Shown one piece after another: positions 48,341-57,391 of a stretch of 64,000 nt of DNA; the first letter of the stretch is position 1, and every line of letters starts with the position of its first letter. The notes beneath the pieces are model-generated. The model made no database searches. It was given only the letters and a program-made list of their open reading frames with translations, and was not told the origin of the DNA. Origin of the DNA: Pseudomonadota bacterium (GTDB taxonomy: Bacteria > Bdellovibrionota > Bdellovibrionia > Bdellovibrionales > SG-bin7); NCBI GenBank assembly GCA_034439715.1, contig JAWXAY010000070.1, forward strand, positions 15,581 to 79,580, in the 5' to 3' direction. Made by a program: the position numbers and the translations under genes.

Positions 48341-49969
48341 ATGCGTAATCAAAAGACACAGGCTTTCGTCCTGGTTTCAATAATTATATTTGCGGCGTTA
48401 GTGTTTGTTTACCGAACGACACACTATTGGCAAAATATGGAGCGCCAAACAATCAAAGATTCGCTGTCCTCTCAATTGGTGGTCTTGGCCACTAACATCG
48501 AGCAGCTTTCGAGCGATTGGGTCAATCTCGTAAAGTCGAGTGCAGTCAATGAACAGATTATATTTCGTGGTAATGTAGCCAAGAGTGAATCTGGAAATTG
48601 GCAAATCAAAGATTCTAAGGGCGATCGCAATGAGGGGCTTGAGTTCGTAAAGCAAATTCATTGGGAAAAGGTAGGGCCCCAAATTCAATGGATCGCGCGA
48701 TCAAATGGCCAAGGCGAGGCCATGGTGGGCTTAGTGTTGCCAGATGTTATCGCCGGCCAGTTTTTAGTGGGAGTAATCGATAGCCCATTTAAGGATCTAA
48801 CATCTCTTTATAAGGGTTCATTTTCTTCTATCTTTGTCTTGGACAAAAAACTCTCGTTGGTGGGTCATAGTAAAGAGGGATATGTTGGTACCCGGTACGA
48901 TTTTGGAAAATCAAATGGCTTTGTAAAAAATCACGCCACCACTTTTATCGAATCAAAAGACGGGCGTGGACTTTCAAATTTCACAGGTACGTTTCAATTA
49001 CCCGAGCTCAATTTAATAATGGGCGCCTCAATTGCCAAAAAATTTGTGCTCTTACAATATGTGCAATGGCTCTTCGAGGTGATTGCTTTTATTTTAGCTG
49101 CTACGGGAATATTAACTTGGTGGATGATGAGACGTCCTCAAGAGCTTGTGCGCACACAATCGGTAGCTCCCATGGCGGACCGTGGAGGGCACGAAATATT
49201 GAAAAATCTTTCGGGGGCACTGTCGGAACAGCTGAGCGGGCCTATCGATCATTTATTGTCCTACTTTAGGCTTTTAAAATCTAAAGAGGGAAAAGAAAAT
49301 AGAAGCGTTGATGCCAAGGATTTGGCTGATGTTGAACGTGAATCCGAAAAAATTCGTGAGGTAGTAGATACCCTTCAAACGGTGGGACGTCCCACCTCTG
49401 GTAGAAAAGAGCCTGTAAATCTTGAGCAAATGTTAAAAGTGATGATGGTTGAAATAAAAACTGAAGCCGTCAAATTAGGTATTGATTTCAGCGACAGCCT
49501 TTTACCAGTCGGAGACATTGTGGCCAATAGTTCGCAGATTCGCTCGCTCATTCACTCTTTAAAAAAGATGGCGTTTTTTAATGTGAGATTTGAAAAACAA
49601 AAAAGAATTTCAATGGATCTAAAGGGTATTGGCAACAGGTTGCAACTTACGGTGACTGACAATGGGCCCAAAAGAAACGTTGGTCTCGAAGATGTTCTAG
49701 CTGAACCAGCCTATTATGATCAAATGGGGCTTTCCATTCCTTTGGTTCATTCAATTGTCAAAGTTTATGCTGGGACTTTAGATATCAAATCTGATAATTC
49801 AATGGGTAACTCTATTATTATAACGCTGCCAACAGACGGTTCAAAACCAGTATCAGCACAAATGCAGATGGAGCGCGCGACCGAAATAAAAGCCAGATAT
49901 CGTGACCTTCGTGCCCAGCTCCCAGAGATCAAAATTAGACCCCCCAAAGTAAGGACGCTTGAGTCATGA
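48341..49969 (+). CDS. Degenerate membrane sensor histidine kinase (pseudokinase)
   Basis: TM-Cache-like-TM; H-box position reads LSEQLSGPI (no His); N-box lost; remnants VTDNGP and MGLSIPLVHSIV. Confidence 0.75.
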   Translation: MRNQKTQAFVLVSIIIFAALVFVYRTTHYWQNMERQTIKDSLSSQLVVLATNIEQLSSDWVNLVKSSAVNEQIIFRGNVAKSESGNWQIKDSKGDRNEGLEFVKQIHWEKVGPQIQWIARSNGQGEAMVGLVLPDVIAGQFLVGVIDSPFKDLTSLYKGSFSSIFVLDKKLSLVGHSKEGYVGTRYDFGKSNGFVKNHATTFIESKDGRGLSNFTGTFQLPELNLIMGASIAKKFVLLQYVQWLFEVIAFILAATGILTWWMMRRPQELVRTQSVAPMADRGGHEILKNLSGALSEQLSGPIDHLLSYFRLLKSKEGKENRSVDAKDLADVERESEKIREVVDTLQTVGRPTSGRKEPVNLEQMLKVMMVEIKTEAVKLGIDFSDSLLPVGDIVANSSQIRSLIHSLKKMAFFNVRFEKQKRISMDLKGIGNRLQLTVTDNGPKRNVGLEDVLAEPAYYDQMGLSIPLVHSIVKVYAGTLDIKSDNSMGNSIIITLPTDGSKPVSAQMQMERATEIKARYRDLRAQLPEIKIRPPKVRTLES

Positions 49970-51651
49970 GCCAAAACGTCAAATCACAATTCCAAATATA
50001 TTTTATTGGCGAAAATTCAATATGGAATCAACAGTTAGCGAGCGAAATAGAGCGAGCCCATCTAAAAATTGCTAAATTTAAGCAGGCCGAGCAAGTATTT
50101 AAAGTTTTGTACAAGAGTCCACCTCATATTGTCATTGTAGATTTCGATTCTCTTGATTTAACGGCTCAAGAATATTTGGCCCGTTTTTCTGAACTAAGCC
50201 CCGAGACACTTCATGTTGCTGTTTTAGGGGATGCTTGGTCTTCAAGATCGACCTCCATTTTAAGCGCTGGTTTTTATCAGGTTTTATTTAAAGACGTGCA
50301 AGATCCCAGTAGTGCTTTTTACTCTGTTGATCGCGCGCTTGAACGAATTTATTTACAATACCATATCGAACAACTGGGTGAGGACACCACGGCAAAGGTA
50401 AGTGAACTGGAAGCCGTCATTCACGCCAGGGATAGCAAGCTTGAAGAGTTTACTAAAAGTGGCATAAAGTCGCAGCGCCAAGAAGAAGAGTATTTCAACA
50501 AGCTTCGATCACTACAAACAAAAATTGGTCAGTTAGAACTAGAGTGCGAAGAATCTGAAGGCAAAACTCAGAGATACATTGGCGATTACTTAAAAATTAA
50601 GTCTGAAAAAGACAGCCTCGCAGAAAAATTAAAAGTCGAGCAGGCAAAATCTGGTGTAGGACGAATTAGTTATTCGGGACTTGTTAGTTCTCTGATAAAA
50701 AGCCACACAGTAGAAGAGGCGACACAGGACTGGCTAAATAAAGCGAATTTGTTGTTTTCTGGCGTACGGGCTGCTTTTTTTAAGTATGTGCCAGGGCACC
50801 CCTACCTCATGTTAACTCAATGTTCCGGAATGGAATTGGAAAGTGTGCGCGGTGTGGGTGTCAACCTTACGGGTTTAAGTCCACTCGAGCAAAAATCATT
50901 TTATTCGCACACTCGATTTTTGATGGCCCTGAAAGATCTCCTTAAGGGCGCCTTTAATTCCGACGGTTTTGAGTATAGAGAAATCATCTCTGATCGCGGG
51001 GTTTTGGGGATTGTGGTTGTATTTAAGACACTCGAGCATGAGCGCGAAAAAATATTTTTTAATGATTCTGTAGAAATTTTAAATATTGTAGTTCATAGGA
51101 ATAGTCTAGCCTTTAGAGTTCATGAATCTGATTTTAGAGATGAGCTTACGGAATTAAGAACACATAGAGCGTTAGCCGCCACGGTTGAGCTAGAGGTTTC
51201 AAGAGCTCGCCGAATTGAAAAGCCGGTATCGCTGCTTTATGTTCATATAGATAAGTTCGAGAAGCTCACACAAAACCGAGACACTAATGACATCGATAAA
51301 TTGGTCAAAATGGTGGCCCTGCTACTTAAGAAGAGCAGCCGCATGAATGACTTTCTATTTAGAGTAGATCGTGGAGATTTCGTGGCGGTTCTTCCTCATA
51401 CCGATCGCCAAGGAGCGGCAATTAAAGCTGAAATTCTCAGAAAATTAGTCGAAGGGTCTCGACAAGTAACAGTTAGCGTAGGAGTAAGTGAATACCCAGC
51501 TATTTGTCGCGATGCCGATCAATTAATTTCTGCCGCTGACGAAGCTATGTATGATGTGGCTGAAGAAGGTGGCAATCAAGTTTGTGTGGCGACTACGCTA
51601 GAAGAAGATGTTAAAAGCCGAGAGTTATCCGAAATGCAAGAACAGCAATGA
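49966..51651 (+). CDS. REC-like, coiled-coil, degenerate GGDEF protein with intact I-site
   Basis: DELTELRTHR, HIDKF, RMND (RxxD), DRGDF in place of GGDEF, VTVSVGV, ADEAMY. Confidence 0.85.
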   Translation: MSQNVKSQFQIYFIGENSIWNQQLASEIERAHLKIAKFKQAEQVFKVLYKSPPHIVIVDFDSLDLTAQEYLARFSELSPETLHVAVLGDAWSSRSTSILSAGFYQVLFKDVQDPSSAFYSVDRALERIYLQYHIEQLGEDTTAKVSELEAVIHARDSKLEEFTKSGIKSQRQEEEYFNKLRSLQTKIGQLELECEESEGKTQRYIGDYLKIKSEKDSLAEKLKVEQAKSGVGRISYSGLVSSLIKSHTVEEATQDWLNKANLLFSGVRAAFFKYVPGHPYLMLTQCSGMELESVRGVGVNLTGLSPLEQKSFYSHTRFLMALKDLLKGAFNSDGFEYREIISDRGVLGIVVVFKTLEHEREKIFFNDSVEILNIVVHRNSLAFRVHESDFRDELTELRTHRALAATVELEVSRARRIEKPVSLLYVHIDKFEKLTQNRDTNDIDKLVKMVALLLKKSSRMNDFLFRVDRGDFVAVLPHTDRQGAAIKAEILRKLVEGSRQVTVSVGVSEYPAICRDADQLISAADEAMYDVAEEGGNQVCVATTLEEDVKSRELSEMQEQQ

Positions 51652-51652
51652 C

Positions 51653-52762
51653 ATGGCATTTAGACCAACGATTGCGGATATCTCATTAAAAAATCTAATT
51701 CACAATTACAAGTTAATTTGTAAAACGCTTCCTAAGAGCTCCTTTGTTTGCCCTATGATCAAGGCCAATGCCTATGGGCACGGTGACAAAGAGGTCGCCA
51801 GAGCGCTGTCTAAAGCTGGCGCCAAAAAATTTGGTGTGTGTCTGATTGAGGAGGCGGTAAAGCTTCGTGATTCAAAAATTAGCTCAGAAATTTTGACTTT
51901 TGATATTTTTGATAGAGAGGGGGCGAAAGCAGTGGTGGACTATAATTTGTCACCGGCGCTATCTTCTTGGGATCAGTTAGCGGCTCTCGAAAAAGTCAAA
52001 AACAAAAAACCCATTAATGTGCACCTAAAATTTAATACCGGGATGAATCGCCTTGGCTTTGAGTTGTCAGACGCTAAAAAACTTCAGGTACATATATACA
52101 AGCATAAAAAATTAAATCTAGTCGGCATTTGTACTCACTTAGCGGTCGGTGAAGATGCCGGAGTGGAAGGGGGGGTGACCGATGGCCAGCTTCGTAGATT
52201 AAACGAACTGAAGAATATTTTTAAAGACCAAGAGTTTCACGCCTTAAACAGTTCTGCAATTTTTGGTTTAGCGCAGAATAACTTAGGCTTAGGTGCACGC
52301 CCCGGGCTTTCACTTTACGGTATTAAACCTGACTCAAAGGTGGGTGCTGATCCTGAATTAAGACCTGTCATGTCGCTTGTGAGTCATCTAAGTTTAGTGC
52401 GGGCACTAAAACGCGGAGAAAAAGTTTCTTATGGCGGTCGCTGGGAGGCCCTCAAGGATTCCATTATAGGTGTCGTGCCTGTCGGTTACGAGGATGGCTA
52501 CTTTCGCGCATTATCAAATAAGGCTTACATGATTGTTAGAGATATTTTTTGTCCTGTTATCGGCACGGTGTGCATGGATTATACGATGATTGACCTGAGC
52601 ATGGTCGCCTCCGCTCATAATGTAAAAGTGGGTGACAGGGTCACGATCTTGGGTCGCGAAAAATCGTCAGAGATTTTAGCATCCGATATTGCCAAGTGGG
52701 CCACGACAATTTCTTACGAAGTTTTGACTTCTGTTGGCGCCAGAGTGCCAAGAATTTATTAG
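51653..52762 (+). CDS. alr: Alanine racemase
   Basis: IKANAYGHG, TGMNRLG, RPGLSLYG, VGYEDG, IGTVCMD, TISYE; start moved to ATG 51653. Confidence 0.96.
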   Translation: MAFRPTIADISLKNLIHNYKLICKTLPKSSFVCPMIKANAYGHGDKEVARALSKAGAKKFGVCLIEEAVKLRDSKISSEILTFDIFDREGAKAVVDYNLSPALSSWDQLAALEKVKNKKPINVHLKFNTGMNRLGFELSDAKKLQVHIYKHKKLNLVGICTHLAVGEDAGVEGGVTDGQLRRLNELKNIFKDQEFHALNSSAIFGLAQNNLGLGARPGLSLYGIKPDSKVGADPELRPVMSLVSHLSLVRALKRGEKVSYGGRWEALKDSIIGVVPVGYEDGYFRALSNKAYMIVRDIFCPVIGTVCMDYTMIDLSMVASAHNVKVGDRVTILGREKSSEILASDIAKWATTISYEVLTSVGARVPRIY

Positions 52763-52871
52763 CTAGGAAAAATTTTCCCCGTCAAAAAGTAGGGATCTGG
52801 TGGTCGTGCTGGCCAAATTCATAATTAACCTTCACACCTAGGCATTCACTAAAATAGAATATCTGTAGTCT

Positions 52872-53705
52872 ATGACAGTACTTACTATACCGCGAAAAAT
52901 TACCGAGACTACTTGGGAAAAAATTATTTCCATCATAAATAGTTGCCATGATTGGTTTGCTGATGTCGGCGCCATTTTTTATTTTTTATTAGCCGCGATG
53001 CGGGGGTCGGTATCAAAGCCTTATAGAGTGGGTGAATTTTTTAAACATGCAGAATTTATCGGTAACAAATCTATTGGCATTGTAGCACTCACCGGACTTT
53101 TTACCGGAATGGCGCTTTCTTACCAAATTTATTTAGGCTTCAGCCTTGTCAACGCCTCTAACCTTGTTGGCCCCACTGTAGCACTGGCGATTGCACGGGA
53201 GTTGGGACCTGTGATGACCGGCCTCATCGTTTCTGCACGTGCGGGTGGTGCCATGGCAGCTCATATCGGAACAATGAGGGTAAGTGAACAAATAGACGCG
53301 CTTGAGGTTATGGGGGTTGATCCGATTCAGTATTTAGTTTCACCCCGTATTATTGCCGCCATCATGGTAATGCCGCTTTTGACTGCCGTTTTTGATTTTG
53401 TGTCTATGGTAGGAGCGCACTTAATATGCATTAATTTTTTACAAATGGACGGTGCTATCTTTTGGGAAAAAATTCGCATGTGGTTAGAGCCCCGCCACAT
53501 TTATGAAGGCTTTTTTAAGTCGATATTTTTTGGTTTCTTTTTTTCGATGATTTGCAGTTATAGCGGATACACGACAAAGGGTGGTGCCAGGGACGTAGGT
53601 AACGCGACTAATAGGGGAGTCGTCTCTAGCATGGTGATGACGATTGTTTTAGATTACTTTCTCACTCACTTTATTCGCATTTATTATAAATTGGTGGGAA
53701 TATGA
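52872..53705 (+). CDS. mlaE: MlaE family lipid ABC permease
   Basis: RELGPVMTG, GTMRVSEQIDALEVMG, GGARDVG. Confidence 0.93.
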   Translation: MTVLTIPRKITETTWEKIISIINSCHDWFADVGAIFYFLLAAMRGSVSKPYRVGEFFKHAEFIGNKSIGIVALTGLFTGMALSYQIYLGFSLVNASNLVGPTVALAIARELGPVMTGLIVSARAGGAMAAHIGTMRVSEQIDALEVMGVDPIQYLVSPRIIAAIMVMPLLTAVFDFVSMVGAHLICINFLQMDGAIFWEKIRMWLEPRHIYEGFFKSIFFGFFFSMICSYSGYTTKGGARDVGNATNRGVVSSMVMTIVLDYFLTHFIRIYYKLVGI

Positions 53706-54466
53706 CGGCCTCCGAAGTTGCCATAGACATCGAGAATCTCGAAAAAACTTTTGACGGAGAAAATTTTGTATTTAAGGGGATAAATTTGAAAATTCCCCGA
53801 GGTAAAATCACTTGTATAATAGGTTTTAGTGGAACTGGCAAAAGCGTACTATTAAAACATATTTTAGGATTGCTCCGCCCAACTGAGGGCAGCATTACGG
53901 TTCTGGGAGAAAATCTCAATAATCTGGCCAATCATGATCGCATTGAATTCCGCAAAAAATTCGGCGTTCTGTTTCAGAACGCTGCACTTTTTGACGACAT
54001 GAATACTATTGATAACGTCTGTTTTCCTATTCGCGAGCATTTGCGATATCTGAGCGATAATGAGATTACGAATATTGCGGTAGATCGATTAAAACTGGTT
54101 AAGCTCGACGAAATTCATTACCACAAATTACCTAACGAACTTTCTGGCGGAATGAAAAAAAGAGTTGGCCTGGCGCGTGCCATTGCTCTTGATCCCGATA
54201 TTCTAGTTTACGACGAACCTACGACTGGACTGGATCCAGTACTGACAGAAATGGTAGACGACCTAATTTTAGAAACTCATCGTCATCGCCCCGGCCTAAC
54301 ATCCCTGGTAGTTAGTCATGACTTGTACGCAGCATTTAGGATTGGCGACTTTATTGCGATGCTAGATAGTGGTAAAATTTTACTGTTTGGAACTCCTCAG
54401 GATTTTTATGAATCTGAAATTCCGCTAGTGAAGAAATTTGTCGCAAAAGGGACGAAGAAGACATGA
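53702..54466 (+). CDS. mlaF: MlaF family ABC ATPase
   Basis: GFSGTGKS, FQNAALFD, LSGGMKKRVGLARA, YDEPTTGLDP, SHD. Confidence 0.93.
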   Translation: MTASEVAIDIENLEKTFDGENFVFKGINLKIPRGKITCIIGFSGTGKSVLLKHILGLLRPTEGSITVLGENLNNLANHDRIEFRKKFGVLFQNAALFDDMNTIDNVCFPIREHLRYLSDNEITNIAVDRLKLVKLDEIHYHKLPNELSGGMKKRVGLARAIALDPDILVYDEPTTGLDPVLTEMVDDLILETHRHRPGLTSLVVSHDLYAAFRIGDFIAMLDSGKILLFGTPQDFYESEIPLVKKFVAKGTKKT

Positions 54467-55845
54467 ATGTATTAGGCACTCCCGAATTCAAAGTGGGCCT
54501 GATGGTAATGGCGGTGCTTTCGATTATAGGCATAATGTCTATGAAGGTATCCGAGAATCCCGATATTCTAGGCGGAACTAAAGACGCCTGGTTTTTATTA
54601 AAAGATGCTTCGGGTTTGATTAAGAACAGTTCCATTAAAATGGCTGGCGTAAATGTGGGAACCATTAAAGATATCAGACTGAAAGATGGGATGGCTCGAA
54701 TCGACATCACTGTCCAAAGCGATATTCCTCTGACTACATCGAGCTGGGTTGAGCTACGAGCCAACGGAATTTTGGGAGATAAGTACATTGAGGTCGTTCC
54801 CGGAAATCCCCAAGACCCACCGCTCCCAAAAAGTGGTCATATTGCCAAAACAATCGATCATGGTTCTATGAATGTTGTGATGAATGAAATATCAAAAGTA
54901 GCATCTTCTTTTGCAGATATCGCTGAGAAACTAAAAACGGCGACTGATGATAAGCCGGATCAATCACAACCACTCGGACGCATTATAAAAAATATCGAAG
55001 ATCTTACGCGTGACCTTGCTGAAATCACTTCTGCCAATAAGGGTAAGGTAAGTAGCTTATTGGAGCGAGCGAACAATATTGCGGGAACGCTGGATGGTCT
55101 GGTTAATGATAAAACGCCTGAGGGCTTAACGGCGACGTGGAAGCGCGTGATGCACGGGCTAAATCGTCTTGATGTGGTCATGAAGAATGCCGAAGAAGTC
55201 TCAGAGAAAATTAATAGTGGCAATGGTACTATTGGTCGGCTGATCAATGACGACTCTACCGTTGAAAAAATTGAGGGAGTAGTAGAAAAGGTTTCCGAAG
55301 TGTTTGATACCGCAAGCCAAATTGAAACTAGTTTTGATTACCATAGTGAATTTATGTCTAGAAGTGGCTTTGCGAAGTCGTTCGTGGGAGTAAAAATTCA
55401 ACCGGGGCTCGACCGATTTTATGAACTGCAAGCCATAGATGATCCTAAGGGCGTGGTTACCACTACCGATCTGAGTCGCACTCAGGGCGGAACAACAACT
55501 GACAGCACAGACGTTATCACCTATCGCAATAAAATAAAACTAACAGCGCTGTTTGCTAAAAACTTTTACGATCTTTCCATCAAAGGTGGTCTGATTGAAA
55601 GTCGCGGTGGCGTGGCATTTGATTATAATCTATATGGTCGAAAACTAAAGTTTTCGTTTGAGGCTTTTGATTTTGCGGATCTTTATGCGCGCGCCTATCT
55701 ACGATATAACTTTTTTAAAGGCGTTTACGTATTGGGTGGCGCCGACAATATTTTCGATAAGCAAGAATCCTCGACATTTTTTGGTGCGGGGTTGTTTTTA
55801 ACCAACGACGATTTAAAACTATTACTTACGAAGGCCTCATTTTAA
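54463..55845 (+). CDS. mlaD: MCE/MlaD protein with long helical stalk and C-terminal beta-rich domain
   Basis: TM, MCE motifs ASGL..SIKMAGVNVG and GILGDKYIEV, helical region with GTIGRLIND, amphipathic strands to the C-terminus. Confidence 0.88.
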   Translation: MNVLGTPEFKVGLMVMAVLSIIGIMSMKVSENPDILGGTKDAWFLLKDASGLIKNSSIKMAGVNVGTIKDIRLKDGMARIDITVQSDIPLTTSSWVELRANGILGDKYIEVVPGNPQDPPLPKSGHIAKTIDHGSMNVVMNEISKVASSFADIAEKLKTATDDKPDQSQPLGRIIKNIEDLTRDLAEITSANKGKVSSLLERANNIAGTLDGLVNDKTPEGLTATWKRVMHGLNRLDVVMKNAEEVSEKINSGNGTIGRLINDDSTVEKIEGVVEKVSEVFDTASQIETSFDYHSEFMSRSGFAKSFVGVKIQPGLDRFYELQAIDDPKGVVTTTDLSRTQGGTTTDSTDVITYRNKIKLTALFAKNFYDLSIKGGLIESRGGVAFDYNLYGRKLKFSFEAFDFADLYARAYLRYNFFKGVYVLGGADNIFDKQESSTFFGAGLFLTNDDLKLLLTKASF

Positions 55846-57377
55846 TGTACCGATTAGCTCTGGTTAGTGTTTCAGATAAAACCGGTTTGGTAGAGTTTTT
55901 ATCTCCACTGGTAAAACAGGGGCTCACCGTTGTTTCAACAGGCGGAACAGCGGAGCACCTAAAAAAAAATGGAATTAATGTAAAACATGTGAGTGAGGTT
56001 ACCGGCTTTCCAGAAGTCATGGATGGACGTGTGCGGACATTACATCCAAAAATTCACATGTCACTTTTGGCCCGAAGTCACGTATCCGAGGATATGAATT
56101 TGCTACGTGAACATCATCTAGAACCTTTTGACCTTGTTATTGGCAACCTTTATCCATTTGAGAAAGCCCTCGGCGAAGGTCATTCCGATTTGGAATTGGC
56201 AGAGTATATCGATATCGGAGGTCCGTGTCTTTTGCGGGCCGCTGCTAAAAACTATAGTTCTATTACCGTGATTTCTGACCCCGAAGACTACACTTGGATA
56301 AGCCGAGAGGCCCCAGTAAACTTGGGTGACCGAAAAAAGTTAGCCGCTAAAGTTTTTTTACATATTTCTTCGTACGATGCCATGATTAGCCAACACTTAG
56401 GGGCCGGGCTCGGAGAGAATAGGGGCGACAGCAAAGATTTTGCAGTCGCCTGCGCACTAGTGGATAAACTGAGATATGGTGAGAACCCGCAGCAGAAGGC
56501 ATTTTGGTTTCGCTTAAAAGGCTCAAAGTTAGGACTTCATGAGGCTGAGATTTTACATGGCAAGCAGTTGTCTTATAACAACATTGTTGACTTGGATTCT
56601 GCCTCCAAAACGCTACAAGAATTTGCTGAGCCATGCGTTGTAGGAGTTAAGCATAGTAATCCCTGTGGCGTGGCAGTTGGCGTAGATGGGCTTCATGCTA
56701 CTGCGAGGGCCGTTAGGGCCGATCCGATAAGTATTTTCGGTGGAATAGTAGCTACAAATGTTGAAGTTACTTTAGCCATGGCACAGGAGCTTGATAGAAT
56801 ATTTCTGGAATGTATTGTCGCCCCTGAGTTTTCTCAACAGGCGCTAGATTTACTCACAAAAAAGAAAAACCTTCGCATCCTCAAGTGGCCAAATATTAGA
56901 AAGCGTATGATTCACTTAGAGGTTAAAAGCATTTCTGGCGGATTGCTGGTGCAGACTCCCGATGACGTGGGAGGGTGGAATACCGACTGGAAAATACTTG
57001 GTCAAGAGCCCGGAGAGGAAATCAAAAAAGATCTTTTAATGTCCTGGAAAGTAGCGGCCCATTTAAAAAGTAATTCAATTGCTATCTGTGGGCAGGGTCA
57101 GACTTTAGGCTTGGGAATGGGGCAGGTAAATCGGGTTGATGCCGTCATACATGCAATTGAAAGAAAAAAGCTCCACCATCAAGATTATAGGGATAACCTT
57201 GTACTTGCGAGTGATGCGTTCTTTCCGTTTGTGGATTCTATTGAAAGAATTCACGACGCAGGAATTCGTTGGGTCATTCAGCCAGGGGGATCGGTGCGTG
57301 ATCAGGAGATTTTCAGCAAAGCCCAGCAGCTCGGAATTAATTTAATAATCACGGGGAGACGGCATTTTTACCATTAA
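55845..57377 (+). CDS. purH: Bifunctional AICAR transformylase / IMP cyclohydrolase
   Basis: ALVSVSDKTG, STGGT, IDIGGP, LRYGENPQQ, KHSNPCG, ASDAFFPF, QPGGS. Confidence 0.98.
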   Translation: MYRLALVSVSDKTGLVEFLSPLVKQGLTVVSTGGTAEHLKKNGINVKHVSEVTGFPEVMDGRVRTLHPKIHMSLLARSHVSEDMNLLREHHLEPFDLVIGNLYPFEKALGEGHSDLELAEYIDIGGPCLLRAAAKNYSSITVISDPEDYTWISREAPVNLGDRKKLAAKVFLHISSYDAMISQHLGAGLGENRGDSKDFAVACALVDKLRYGENPQQKAFWFRLKGSKLGLHEAEILHGKQLSYNNIVDLDSASKTLQEFAEPCVVGVKHSNPCGVAVGVDGLHATARAVRADPISIFGGIVATNVEVTLAMAQELDRIFLECIVAPEFSQQALDLLTKKKNLRILKWPNIRKRMIHLEVKSISGGLLVQTPDDVGGWNTDWKILGQEPGEEIKKDLLMSWKVAAHLKSNSIAICGQGQTLGLGMGQVNRVDAVIHAIERKKLHHQDYRDNLVLASDAFFPFVDSIERIHDAGIRWVIQPGGSVRDQEIFSKAQQLGINLIITGRRHFYH

Positions 57378-57391
57378 GGTAAAGAACAACT

